Source: Ignavibacteria bacterium
GTDB lineage: Bacteria; Elusimicrobiota; Endomicrobiia; PHAN01
Direction of reading: 5' to 3'
DNA: 40,339 nt
Assembly (NCBI GenBank): GCA_041694835.1
Contig: JBGFRZ010000010.1
Location: forward strand, 1-40,339
The translations under genes and the position numbers were made by a program. This document shows positions 1 to 15,000 of this stretch, piece after piece (the stretch's first letter is position 1; every line of letters starts with the position of its first letter). Under the pieces are notes generated by a model that did not search any database, was not told where the DNA came from, and saw only the letters and a program-made list of their open reading frames with translations.

Positions 1-2
1 CC

Positions 3-3000
3 TCTTCAGAGTTTGTAGTTGCTCCATCGCTTAATCGCTCCATCGCTCAATCGCTGTATTACTGGCGAGTCCGCGCCCGGGACAACGCTGGTAATTTTTC
101 CCTATACCCTACCCCCTATACCCTAATCGTCGACACAACACCACCTCCTGCGGTAAATGTGTTGACATCGCCGTTAAATGGTATGGCTACAAATCAACTG
201 ACGCTCAATTTCACCTGGTCGACTGTAACAGACACTCCCGCTGGTGTCCGAAACTATATATTGCAGTTATCTACCGCTAGTGACTTCAGTGTCTTGAGTT
301 ATTCCTCATACACCATCGCTTCATCGCTCAATCTCTCCATCGCTCAATCTTCATACACCTGGCGGGTTAATGTTCAAGACAACGCATTAAATTACACAAC
401 CTCAACGGTGAGATGGACAGTGGTGGTTGACACGACGCCCCCGTCGGCGCCATCTCTGACGGCGCCGTTAGACGGTGCGGCTACGAATCAAACGACATTG
501 ACATTCAGTTGGTCTAGTTCGGATGAGAGTGGTTTTCGCGGTGGCTCCGGCATAAACGGCTATGAGTTTTATATCTCCACCACTTCAGATTTTTCCGTCT
601 TTACCTCTTCAGAGTTTGTAGTTGCTCCATCGCTTAATCGCTCCATCGCTCAATCGCTGTATTACTGGCGAGTCCGCGCCCGGGACAACGCTGGTAATTT
701 TTCCCTATACCCTACCCCCTATACCCTGACCATTGACACAACACCACCGAGCATAGTTGATAATCAACCGGGAGATGATGTTTGGCGGCCAATGGCAGGC
801 ACACTCTATAATGTGGATTTCCACGATACAGGTTATGCCCAATCAAGGCTTTATTCCATACAGTATGCCGTTTCAACGACACCGTTTCTTGGAGCGCCTC
901 TTGTGATAAATTGGACCAACATAGTGACCCCGCCGGCAAATCTGGCTTCTTTTACAGATAACTGGTCGGTTTCGTTTGGCCCGCTCCTTGAAGTGGTTAC
1001 GAACTATGTTTCAGTAAGAGCAATGGATTTCGTTGGAAATACCTCTACTTCTACGGACATCTTTTACATAAGAAAAGATGTGTCTGACCCCGTCGTTTTA
1101 GATAATCAACCTGGCGACGATGTCTGGCGCAGAGTTGCAATGCCCGATGGCTATAATGTGGATTTTCAAGATGACGGCGGCTCACTCCTGAATTATGCTC
1201 AGTGGCGCGCTTTCAAGAACCTTGCCGACGGAACGAAGGTCTATCACACCGCATGGTATAACATATTTGTCTCGACGAATATCGCTTTGTATACAGCCGA
1301 CTGGTCTGTTGACTTTTCAACTCTCACCGAAGGAACGAACCACATAGAGGTGAGGGTTTTTGACAACGCCGCCAACCCTCTAACCATTCTAACATATCCC
1401 GCTCCGTTCTATGTAAGAAAAGACACCACCCCGCCGGTGTGTCAGGATTTTCAGACGGGCGACGACGTATGGCGAACTTCAAACACAGGACTTTACGATG
1501 TGCAATTTGTCGACGCTTTAAGCGGTTCAGGGATTCAAAAATTTGAAGTTATTGCATCAACAATGGCGGATGGCAATCCGCCCGCTACACCTTGGACGCT
1601 TGTTTTGACGACGAACACGCACTCTTACACCGTCCCGTGGTCCCTACCCGCTTCCGTGTGGGATGCTTTGCCGTCAGGGCCGCAGAGGAATTTTATTTCC
1701 TGCCGAGCAATGGATTTTGCGTTCAACACATCAACTGTTTTGACGGATGCTTTTTATGTTATGAAAGACACTGTTCCACCGAGAATAGTTGATAATCAGG
1801 ATGGCGACGCTCCCTGGCGCCGATTCGGCGGAACGGTTTATGATGTTGACTTTTACGACTACGAATCCTTGCTTCGCGGTGCGCAGTATATCTCAAGAAA
1901 TGGTCCAAATCCGACGGATACCCCATGGGGTCTCGGCTGGGTCAGTATTTTCGGTTCAACAGGAACTCCGTCTCATACAACCGACTGGTCGGTGGATTTT
2001 ACAAATCTCCCCGAGGGCGCCAATTACATATTTGTCAGGTCCTCGGACACGGCGGGTTTACAGAGTGAGCCGTCTGTTGCGGTGTTTTATGTCAGAAAAG
2101 ACATCACTACTCCCGCAATAGTTGATAACCAGGATGGCGACTTCGCCTGGCGCTCAACTTCAGGCACTCTTTATGGAGTGTTTTTTCAGGATGCAATATC
2201 AGGTGTTACGACGGCACAGTATCAGATAAGAGACCCGTCAAACGCTATTCTTGTTGACTGGACAAGTATATTTGGGGGCACCACTGGCTTTATTAACTAC
2301 AACTCTTCGTGGAGCATTTCGTCTGTGGCGTTTAACTCCCTTTCAGAAGGAACTACGAATTTCGTTTATGTCAGATGCAATGACAATGCCGGCAATTCGC
2401 TTACACTTGGTGCAGCCGCGTTTTTCATACTTAAAGACACCACCCCGCCTTTTTGTGTTGTAAATCAAAATTATTACGAATCCACCCACGGCGACTGGTT
2501 TGTTGATGTCGACTTCTTTGACCCCCCGACACCCGGAAGAGTGCCCGGCGGCTCAAGATTAAACTACGCTCAGTATAAAATTCATACTCTGCCAAATGAG
2601 GGCGGTGAGACAAGAAAACCCTGGACGAATATTAGCGGATTTACATCCGGCACTACTTTTTATGTTGATGGCTGGAAAATTGACTTTTCTGCCTTACCTA
2701 TTGGAACGACCTGTTATGCATCAGTAAGAGTTGTTGACCTTGCGGGTATTACATCTACCTGGATAGATGCCTTCCGTGTTTTAAGAACCACGCCAACAGC
2801 GCCGATTATAACAGACAATCAGCCGGGCGACTACGGGTGGTATAATTCTTCGGCTACTTTTTTGCAGCAGTTCTACGACGTTGATTTTGCTGTCGGACAA
2901 GACGCATTTCTCTCTACAATGAGCGTGATTGTTCGCAGCGGCATTCTTGGCGCGGGTGTTCTAGTCGTCGGCGAAACCATAGTCATATCGACGGCAAATG

Positions 3001-6000
3001 TTGCCGCTTTTACCGCCAACTGGCGGGTTATACCTTCGACATTTTCTCCCGACCACTACATATGGGATTTATTAAGAGAAGGAACGAATTATGTAACCGT
3101 TAGGGCATATGATACATTGGGCAGTAGTTCCTCGCTAACCGATGTGTTTTTTGTTAGAAAAGATACAACTTCACCACCAGTGCCTGTGTTATCTTCACCA
3201 TTAAATAATTCTGCTACAAACCAGTTATCAGTAAACTTTTCATGGAATCCGTCAGTGGACCTTACCTCCGGCACTTCGTTTTACACATTGCAAATATCAA
3301 CTGATATAAACTTTGGAGCGATTTATTATTCAACCCAGTCACGAGTCACCAGCCACCAGTCACCAACATTGCCTCAGTCAACTTATTATTGGCGCGTCAA
3401 TGCCATTGACAATGCCTCTAACTACTCCCTATACCCTACCCCCTATACCCTGATTGTTGACACAACTCCACCGACAGTTTCAAACCCGACTTTGCCAGCA
3501 AATGGCACAATCACTAATTCTAACTCTATAAACTTTCAATGGACTTCTGCAACTGATGCTTTCTCCGGACTCAAGCACTACACATTACAAATCTCCACTG
3601 ACATAAACTTCGGAGCGATTTATTATTCAACCCGGTCACCTTCCACCAGTCACCAGCCACCAGTATTGCCTCAATCAACATACTACTGGCGTATTCGTAC
3701 TGAAGATAACGCCGGCAACTATCAACTATCAACTATCACCTATACACTTCTTATTGATACTACACCACCATCAGTTCCGATTTTAACAAGCCCCGTAAAT
3801 GAGCAGGCTACAAACCAAATGAATTTGACTTTTAACTGGTCTACTTCCGACGATACTGGTTTCCGTGGCGGCTCCGGCATAAACGGCTATGAGTTTTATA
3901 TCTCCACAACTTCGGATTTTTCCGTCTTTATCTCTTCGGAGTTTGTAGTTACTCCATCGCTTAATCGCTCCATCGCTCAATCGCTGTATTATTGGCGGGT
4001 CCGTTCCCTTGACAATGCTTTTAACTACTCCCTATACCCTACCCCCTATACCCTGATTGTCGATACTTCTGCGCCGAGAATTATTGACCTTCAACTGGGT
4101 GATGACCAGTGGCGAAATAACCCCGGAACAACTTACAATGTTGACTTTGAAGATACTCTTTCACGGCTTCATACCCTGCAGTATACGGTATTCTCCACTG
4201 CCGACCAAACAGGCCAGCCCATAATAGGATGGACAAACATCGCAGCGAATATAAATGCCGAAACTTTCATTACGGATTGGACGATTGATTTTGCCGCATT
4301 GCCCGAGAATACAACTTGCCATGTTTCCGTCAGGGCCTGGGACAATCTTTTACAATATACAACTTCCTTCAATGTGTTTTATGCGCTCAGAGATGTCACA
4401 AGACCCATAATAACCGACAATCAACCTGGCGATGACGTCTGGAGGCGGGCAAATACCGGTTTATACAATGTTCTTTTTGATGATGATGGCGGCGCTCGTC
4501 TTAGAAATTTTCAAACAAGGGTTATGTCCGGTGCGCTTGGTTCAGGTGCGACAATACAGGACTGGACTGTCTCCGACACTATAATTTCCGGCGCTACTTT
4601 TTTCAACATACCATGGCCGCTGAATTCCACGACATGGAGTTTAATGCCCGAAGGAAAATCTCACATTTCAGTGCGCCTGTTGGATAATTCCTGGTCGCCT
4701 ACACTTGGATATAACACAGATTCTTTAACAGATGCATTCTATGTCTTAAAGGATACTACCGTGCCGACGATTGTAAACAATCAATCGGGCGATGTCGCCT
4801 GGAGAAATTCAAATTACGCGACTTACAATGTTGACTTTATGGACGCTGTCTCCGGTTCAGGTATTCAAAAATTTGAAGTTCTTGCATCAACAATGGCGGA
4901 TGGCAATCCGCCCGTTACACCCTGGACGGTTGTTTTGACGACGAACACTCATAGTTATACGTCGGACTGGACGCTTCCGCAGAGCGTCTGGGACGCTCTT
5001 TTGACAGATGCGACAAATTACATATCCATTCGCGTCTTTGATTTTGCAGGCAATGTTTCAACAATGACGAATGCGTTTTTTGTTTTGAAGGACGCTCTTG
5101 CGCCGTTTGTCAACAATCTTCAAGATGGCGACAATATATGGCGCCGCCTGAACGACGGAGTTTACAACTTGGATTTCTTTGATACGGGCGGCTCTCGCCT
5201 GAATAAATTCCAAATCCGCGCTTCAACCATTGGCTACGGCTTCTTGCCTTTTGTCTTTGATTGGTCTGACAGCGGAACAACCATCTCCGGGACGACTTTT
5301 TACACAGACAACTGGTCACTGCTCACTGCTCACTGGTCACTTCTTCCGTCAGGCACAAACTATATTTCGGTAAGAGCGTTTGATTTTGCAGGTTCAACTT
5401 TTACCGTCACCGTCGGATTTTATGTTTTAAAAGACACTGAGCCGCCGACGGGACTCGCCAACGCTCCGTCTCATTCTTCAACTACAACCTTCAACGTTCC
5501 ATATTCGGCGCAGGACTTTGGTTTTTCAGGTATCAATTTTGTCAAACTTTACTATACTTTGCAGACGGTGTCGCCCTTTACATGGACACATTATATAACT
5601 ACGACGACAAATCCGATTTCATTTACCGCGCCGCAGGAAGGGACGCACGGATTTAGAATTGTTGCCTATGACCGCGCTGGCAACACCGACGAAGCCGACC
5701 CGCCGCCATCTGCAACACCTCCCGAGTCGTCAACGCTTCTTGACATCACGCCTCCAACGGTAAACGACCAGCAGGCGGGAGACGACGTTTGGCGAAATTT
5801 TGCAAAACCTGACGGTTATGCAGTATACTTTAACGACACCGGCTCCGGGCTTGACACGGCGCAGTATATAATCCGCGAGACGGCCGACCCCGCAAGCCCC
5901 ACCCTTAAAGGGTGGACTACCATATTTTCGTCGGCGTCGCAAAATATCACTTCATATAATGAAAAATGGCAGATTGATTTTGATGCCTGTAAGTCATCGT

Positions 6001-9000
6001 GGAGTTATGTCTCTGCGCGCGTCTGGGATATAGTGGGAAGAACAACTACAGTCAACAATGTCTTCTGGGTAAAGAAAGATATTGCACCAGCGGTTATTTC
6101 ACATAACGAATTCGCTGAGGGCGGCGACAATACCTGGCGAAATGTCGCACGCGCTGGAGGCTATGATGTAGATTTCTTCGACGGGCTTTCAGAACTCTCA
6201 AGAGCAGAGTACGCAGTCCACAGCTCATCGGTAGTGGGGGGATTGATTCCCCCCTACATTGTGGACTGGACAGACATAGCGACCGCAATTTCTTCCACGA
6301 ACTATACGACAAACTGGTCTGTCAGTTTCACCCCGCTTCTTGAAGCCGCAACAAACTTCGTCCATGTGCGGCTTACGGATATAGCGGAAAATGTCTCAAC
6401 TTATTACGCTTTTTATATCCTAAAGGACACTACTACACCTACCGTCGCCAATAATGAAGTCGGACAGGACCCCGTCTGGCGCGCGGCTTCAAGAAACTAC
6501 GACATCGATTTCTTTGATTACAAGTCACGGCTTGACGCGATTCAATACAGAGCGTTTATTTCTACCGGCGGACTTAACCCCATTACGACATACTGGCAGG
6601 ATATTGTTCCAGCGCCGCTTGCCTCCTCTGAATACACCGCGAATTTTACACTTAACTTTGAACTTCTTCAAAATGGAACAAACTATATCGCCGTGCGCTC
6701 GCGTGATATCGCCGGAAACACTACGACGCAGTTTGATTTATTCAGAGTCCTTCGCGACAATGTTCCACCGACAATCGTGGACAACCAGCCGGGTGACGAT
6801 GTCTGGCGTGCGTCAAATGTGGCGACTTACGATGTAGATTTTGTTGACACGCTTTCAGGCGTTACAACTGCCCAATACAGAATTTATCCGTCTCCGTCTA
6901 TGGGCGGAACACCGCTGACGGCTTGGACGACCATTTACCTCGGCACCGCTGTTTCAACTTATTCCACAAACTGGCAACTGGCACCTGCCGACTGGGCGGC
7001 TATCCCCGAGGGAGTCAGCTATGTCTCTGTCCGCTGTTTTGACCTTGTTGGTAACACTTCAACCCATGTAGATGCCTTCTATGTCAGAAAAGACACAACC
7101 ACTCCGACAATAGTTGACAACGAACCAGATGACGAAACATGGTATAACAGCGGACGAAATTACGATGTGGATTTTCACGATTACTCGTCGTTGCTGAACA
7201 ATGCCGAGTATAGCGCATTTGCCGGCGGTTATCAAACAGGCGGAGTCGTTATTCCATGGACGGCGCTATTTAACAACTTAAACTCATCTTCCTATGTAAG
7301 CGACTGGCCGGTGAATTTTGGTGCCTTGAATCAGGGATACAACTATATCTCAGTCAGAGCATATGACAACGTTGGCAATGTCCGAACAGCGGACGTTTTC
7401 TATGTCAAAAAAGACACCGCTCCGCCGTCACAAATCACGAATCTTAATGCTACAACAGGAAACAATGAAGGCGAAATAAACCTGTCATGGACGGCCCCAT
7501 CCGCCCCTTCGCCAGGAAGCGGGACAAGTCGGTATATTGTAAAGTTTGCCACCTTCGTTATTACGGAATCGAATTTTGATGCCGATGCGAATGTCAGGAC
7601 ATTTTCTCAAACATGGAACCCATCTGCCGCCGGCACAACTGAAAACAAAGTTATAACCGGACTTTCGCAGGGCAGATGGTATTATATTGCAGTAAAAACC
7701 GGTGATACTGCCGGTAATGTTTCAGTTCTGGCTTTATCTAATCAAACTCAGTCAAAGACAGACACTTTTCTTCCGGGCACGATTACCAATCTTTTGGCGT
7801 CCCCTGGTGATTACATGGGTCAGGTGAACCTTTCATGGAGCGCACCTGGCGACAACGGCAACATAGGTAATCTCACAGGGACATATATTGAGGGCGACAG
7901 TTATGCCGGATGGTATCGCCTCAGGCACTGGGAAAACATAAACCCCGGAAGTAATTTTGATACAGGGGGATATGTAGAAATCAATAACCCATTTTCACCC
8001 GCTCCCGTCGGTTCAATTGAGAATTTCACATTGGGCGGATTAAATCATAGTTCAACTTATTTTTTTATAGTAAGAACATTTGACAAAGCGAGTAATTTTT
8101 CTACTTCCAACTCAACATCTTCTATGCCATCTCCTCCTGGGGCTGCGAAAGGTCATATCTTATGGGGTTCAGAGACTTCAAATGTGCCAAGAGGAGCTCT
8201 GTGGGAGCCACCGAGCTGGGGTGCTGCCGGAACTCTACCAACCGTCACTTTTCCGACGGGTCATAGATTTGAATTTGTTAGAGTCGCTGCCTGCCAGACA
8301 TTAAGAAATGAAAAACTTACGCTTTTCAAAACCGGTGATGGTGATGCAACGCTTGAAGCATTAGGTAATGTATATTTACAACGTTGGACTGGAACCACCT
8401 GGGAATATATAGACCGACTGAATACAACAGTAAACAACATGCGAGATACCGTTCGCGATTGCGATTTAGCATACGAGCAGACATCAGGCAGGTGTCTTAT
8501 CGCTTACAACAATGGCACAGCGGGACAACTCACATATCGTGTGTGGTCATCAACTGCCGGAACCTGGTCAATAGGACCTACTAACCTTATACTTACCGGT
8601 GTGACAGGTGCGGTTAACTGGGTGCGATTAGAACCGCGACCTAATTCAAATCAAATAATGTTAGCGACGCTTGATGCAAATTCAGACATTTTCTGTGCAC
8701 TATGGGATGGCGATACAAACTCATTCTTGTCCATGTCTACATATGTCCCCACAGTTTCCGCCGCTATTGCCACAAGAGAATGTTTTGATTTAGCCTGGGA
8801 GACACAAAACGAAAGATGTATGCTCCTCTGGGGCGAAGGAACGGCGACGAGATATTCACTGTGGTCGTCGACAGCAAATCGGTGGGTAGTTCAGAATGGA
8901 CCAGGTTCACCGAACATAGCCGCTACTGCGAACTGGCTCAGCCTTGCTGCGGACCCAAGAAGCAATTCAAACTATATAGGAATGACATCCATAGACGGCT

Positions 9001-12000
9001 CCCTTGACTGGAATGTTTCTATATGGAGTGGGACTTCATGGGGCGCTCTGCCTGCTGAAGACCCAACAATGGAAACGAACGCTTCCCGCCCAACTGATAT
9101 TGCCTGGGAAAAAGATTCCGGTAGATGCATAATAGTTGCCGGTGATTTGGATGCAAGAGAAATCTCATTTATCGGCTGGTCGGAAGTGTTAGGTTGGCAT
9201 AACCCGATAACGGGTGCGGCGACCACACCATCAGTAGCGCCGAAAACACCAACAGGGACTTTAGGTCTTTTAGGTGATATAAACTGGCTCGGACTTGTTG
9301 CAGATCCGAACCAAAACAAAATGATTTGTTACATAATTGACCAGGCAGCTGACTTAACTACAATCAACTGGACTGGTGCTGGATGGTCAGGTAAAAAAAT
9401 CCATGAATTAACCGTTGCAATTGCAACAAGAGAATGTGCATCGTTAGCACTTGACAGACACGACATAGTTCCACCGACATATACCGATAACCAACCCGGG
9501 GATGACACATGGAGGGTTTCAAATACAGGCAGTTATAATGTTTCATTCAACGATACCGGTGGCTCATATCTTAGAAACTTTCAGATAAGGGCTACAACAG
9601 GAACCGCTTTGACATCTCCGGTAATCCTTGATTGGACAAATAATCTGACATTCCCTGCCCAAACAAACTCTTATACCACACCTTGGGCACTTACTTCCGT
9701 CGTATGGGACAATCTAAGGGATGGGCTTAATTATGTGCATATAAGGGTTTTTGATGGCGTCGGAAACACTGCGACGGGTGAAAATGTCTTTTATGTCAGA
9801 AAAGATACAACCCCGCCAACCATTCCCATATTGTCAGCACCGTTAGACGGTGCGACTACAAATCAGACAATTATAAATTTCTCATGGAGTTCCTCTTCCG
9901 ATTTAACTTCGGGAGTCAACGGCTATGAGTTTTATATCTCCACAACTTCGGATTTTTCCGTCTTTACCTCTTCGGAGTTTGTGGTTACTCCATCGCTTAA
10001 TCGCTCCATCGCTCAATCGCTGTATTATTGGCGCGTCCGCACCCGAGACAACGCTGGCAATTTTTCAACGTGGAGTTCAACGCGCTCCGTGCTGATAGAC
10101 ACTGTCATCCCACGAATTGTCAATAATGTTTCAGGCGATTTTATCTGGCGAAATTCGTCAGGCACACCTTATGATGTCAGATTTTACGACGAACTCTCAC
10201 GGCTTGCAACCGCTTACTATCGCGTCTGGACTTCAACCGGTCAGATGGGAACACGACTTGTTGACTGGACGAACATAAATTCTTTGTTGATAAATGCAAC
10301 TTACTATGAAACCAACTGGTCAATCCCGGCATCTTCCTGGGCACTGCTACAAAACGGCACTAACTTTGTGACCGTTAGAGTTGATGATTTGGCAGGAAAT
10401 ACTTCTACCTGGGTTGATGCGTTTTTCATTAGAAAAGACGAGCTCTCGCCGCCGGTTCCGTCTCTGACTGCACCGTTAGACGGTGCGGCTACAAATCAGA
10501 CAACACTGACTTTCAGTTGGTCCGCTGTCTCAGATGAGAACTCAGGAGTTGGCGGCTATGAGTTTTATATCTCCACAACTTCAAATTTTTCCGTCTTTAC
10601 CTCTTCGGAGTTTGTAGTTACTCCATCGCTCAATCGCTCCATCGCTCAATCGCTGTATTACTGGCGAGTCCGCGCCCGAGACAACGCTGGTAATTTTTCC
10701 CTATACCCTACACCCTATACCCTAATTGTTGACACTGCACCGCCGACAATACCGTCTCTAATTTCACCTTCAAGCGGCACTGTTACAAACATTCAACAGC
10801 CAGCTTTTGATTGGACTGATTCAACAGACACCTCGGGAATTTCAAATTACGAATTCCAGATTTCAACCGATGTAAACTTCGCGGTTTTAACCGACCAATC
10901 TCTCCCCGCCACATCTTACTTTCTACCTTCTACCTTCTACCCGTCCACCTTATATTACTGGAGAGTCCGCGCTCAAGATGTCGCCGTCAATTTCTCTACC
11001 TTTACCTCTATCTTTACCTTAATCGTCGACACCGCGACTCCGCGGATAATGAACTATGAATCAGGCGGCGATTTGGTGTGGAGAAATATGATTAAGCCGG
11101 GCGGATACAATATTGATTTTGACGATATCGGGCTTGCAAAGATAAATAATATCCAGTATAAAGTCCACACCCTACCGTCTGAAGGCGGAAGCATACTGGT
11201 GACATGGGAGACGATTAGAAGCACATTTCCGCCGTATACCACATTGTTTGCACCGCCGCTGAACCTGTTGTCCTGGACAACGGATTTTGGCGTCAATTAT
11301 GACCTGCTTCAAAACGGAACAAATTATGTCTCTATGCGTGTAAGCGACCTTGCAGGGAACACTTCTACATGGGTTGATGTGTTTAGAATTTTGCGAGACA
11401 TTATACCGCCGACAGTAAACGACATGCAGACGGGTGATTTCGCATGGCGAAGTTCGTCGGGAACGACTTACGCCGTTTATTTCAACGATACCGGCGACTC
11501 GCTGCTTTCCAAATTCCAAATTTCTGTCTCTACTAATCCCTATCCCCTATCCCCTATCCCCTCTGTTTTTGATTGGACGGATAGAATAACCGGCATCAAC
11601 GCACCGTCATACACAACGCCCTGGCCGCTGAGTGCCGCGCAGTTTGCAACACTTCCCGACGGAGCATCAAGTTATGTCTCCGTACGCTGCTTTGATTTGG
11701 CAGGCAATACGACGACATTCTCCGATGCGTTTTTCATTCTGAAAGACACAGTAGCGCCTTTTTGCGTCAATAACGAAACTACCGACCGCGGATGGCTCAC
11801 TTCAAATCCGGGGGCGATCTGGGACATAGATTTCTACGACCCGCTTTCTGCTTTTACTCCGGGCGGCTCAAAATTAAACAACATATTCTATCGGGCGAAG
11901 TCGTCCACGGGCGGTATAATAATTGATTGGAATGCAATCGCAACATCTCAAAATACGACTTTCTATATAACGAATTTTTCTGTTAATTACGACGGCTTAT

Positions 12001-15000
12001 ATGACGGAATAAACTATGTAGATGTTCTTGCAAATGATTTTGCAGGCAATGCAACCACTTATATAAATGCTTTTACGGTTAAAAAAGACACCACATCGCC
12101 GAGGATTGAAGTGGCTTTTGACACGACCACAGTCAACTGGGTCAATACCTCACAGGTCTATGATATTAATTTTTACAAGCGCGGCGCAACTGACCTGCAT
12201 ACAATACAATATACTGTCTGGACAGGACCCAACAGAACAGGAACAAATAAAATACCCGGCGATGGCACCTGGAGCAATATCGGCACGCCCCCGCTTAATG
12301 TTTCTGAATATACAACTGATTGGCCGGTAGTTTTTGCCGACCTTACTAACGGGGGGACTAACTTTGTCTCGGTCAGATGTTGGAATGTAGCAGGTGCGAC
12401 ATCCACAATAATTGATACTTTCAGAATCTTCAAAGATGTGACAAATCCGTCAATAATAGATAATGTTCCGGGTGATGATACTATCTGGCGCTCGTCAAAT
12501 GTTGCCGCCTATAATGTTGACTTTTTTGACTCACCCGGTCCACCACAGACGGGCTCGCTGTTGAGTAAATTTCAATTAAAGATAACTTCCGGGACAAATC
12601 AAACTGGACTGTTATATCAGGACTGGACGGACGAAAAACTTAATATCGCTTCAACTTTTTATGTTATTGATTGGCCGCTGAATTGGTCCGCATGGCTCAA
12701 TTTACGCGAAGGGAGAAATTATATCTCTGCAAAGGCATTTGACAATGCAAGTAATGTTTATGAACTCTCAGATATTTTCTTTGTATTGAAAGATACAACT
12801 TCACCGACGATAAACGACCAGCAGACAGGTGATGATAATTGGCGACGGCTTAATATAAGTTCATACAGCGTTTATTTCGCTGACACCGGCGGCAGTAGAT
12901 TATCCCGATTTGAAATTTCCGCTTCTACTACCCCCTACCCCCTATCCCCTACCCCCTTAATTGGTTGGACCACCGTTCAATCAGGTATAAACGTTGAAAC
13001 TTTTGTTTCCAGCTGGTCGTTACCTTCTTCCGTCTGGGCTGCATTGCAATCCTGGACAACAAACTACATTTTCGTCCGTGTTTTTGATAATTCCGTCCCC
13101 GGAAATTCATCTACAACTGCAAATTCTGTATTCTATGTCTTGAAAGACACCGTCCCACCGAGAATAATTGACAATGAAACAATTGACCGTGGTTGGTTTG
13201 CCTCTAATCCAGGCGCTATCTGGGATATTGATTTTGAAGACCGCCTGCCTGAACATTGCTCAAAACTTGAGACGGCGCAATGGACTGCATTTACCTCACC
13301 TAACCAAAGTGGCTCGCAGGTTGTCGGCTGGACAAATATTTTTACAAATTTAGGGACAACAAATTGGACAACAAACTGGGACCTGGGACTAACAACATGG
13401 ACACTACTTGCCTCTGGAACTAACTTTATATGTGTTCGTGTCTGGGATATTGCCGGGTCAACAGAAACATTATCAGATGTATTTATCGTCAAAAAAGATA
13501 CTTTTGGTCCGACGATAATTGATAATCAACCCGGGTATGATACCTGGTTGGCTGCTGACCCCGGGTCAATCTGGAATGTTGACTTCAAAGATGAACTATC
13601 AAAACTTGCAAGTGCGTATTACAGAATTTCTACACAGCCAAATTTGACCGGGACAATACTGACTCCCTGGACAACTATATTTGCTACTTACGGTTCACAA
13701 CTTACGACTTACGATTCTAACTGGCCGCTGGCTCCAAACCACTGGACACTTTTACCCGAGGGCACTTCATACATTACCGTGACCGCATATGATAACCTGA
13801 ACAACCAGACGACATTTTTTGATGTATTTCATATCCGTAAAGACACAACAACTCCATACTGTGTGGATAATCAACCAAACATTTTTGCAGATACACAGGA
13901 TGACTTATCAAATATAGATATTGATTTTTATGATAGAGGCGGGTCAAAAATAAATTATGTTAGATATACTGTTAGACCATCAGCGGGTTTACCGCCGGAG
14001 TTTATTATCAACTGGAAGAATATCCCCGGTATTGCTGATGGATTAAATACAACATACTATATCACTAACTGGTCAATTACAGAAGCATGGCCATCACTGC
14101 CGAACAATGCAACAAGTTATGTATCAGTTAGAGTAGTTGACTTTGCAGAGCATACCACAACTTTTGTAGATGCATTTTTGGTCTATAAATCTGCTATTGG
14201 ACCAACAATAACTGATAATGTAAATGAAGCACTCCTACCTTACTATAATACACTTGTTAATGCATATTTTGATGTTGACTTCCAGTCAAATTCCGGTGCA
14301 AACCTCACTTATTTTGAAATAAAAGTTACTACGGGTCCATCAGAAACAGGTGCAACTATAACTGACTGGTACAAGGTCGCAGATATAAATGCAATTACTT
14401 ATACTACCGACTGGCAAATTGCAGAGTCAACATTTAACGCGATGTGGCAAGGTTTAAATTATGTCCATGTGAAAGTTCGCGATGCTGTACCAACACAAGC
14501 ACAATTAAACAATGTCTTCTATATCAAGAAAGATACCGCACCACCACTAATTGATGACTTTCAGGCTGATGCAACATTTTATGCTCGCACAGCAGGAACG
14601 AAATATAATGTTGATTTCCGTGACCTCGGTATAGGAGTTGCTACAGGACAATATCTTGTCTCATATTCTTCAACCAATATATTAGGGACGGTCCTTATTT
14701 CCTGGACTACAATTTTTGCTCTCTCTCCACAATCGTCTTATACTACCGACTGGGAAGTAGATTTTGCAGCATTGCAGGAATGGTGTACGAACTATGTCTC
14801 AGTGAGATGTTACGACGGCTTCGGATATCTTACAACTTCCTATGCGGTATTTTCTGTCTGGAAAGATACTACGGCGCCAACAGTTCCATCGTTGACTTTG
14901 CCGTCGGAAAATGCGCTATTGAGCGCTCAATTAGTGAACTTTAACTGGTCCGCCTCTGCCGATACTCGTTCAGGAGTTGATAATTACACTCTGCAAATTT

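Noticed and set aside
159-161. GTG at 159 as the start of the giant protein
   Set aside because: The frame is open to the window edge and encodes the same module upstream; there is no signal peptide or RBS at 159.
6893-11190. TCCGTC-TATG-GGCGGA (~6893) and CCGTC-TGAA-GGCGG (~11175) as further in-frame REPs
   Set aside because: The stems are short and need G-T pairs, and 'P-x-x-G-G' codons produce them readily; a sister module (LPNEGG) lacks the symmetry.
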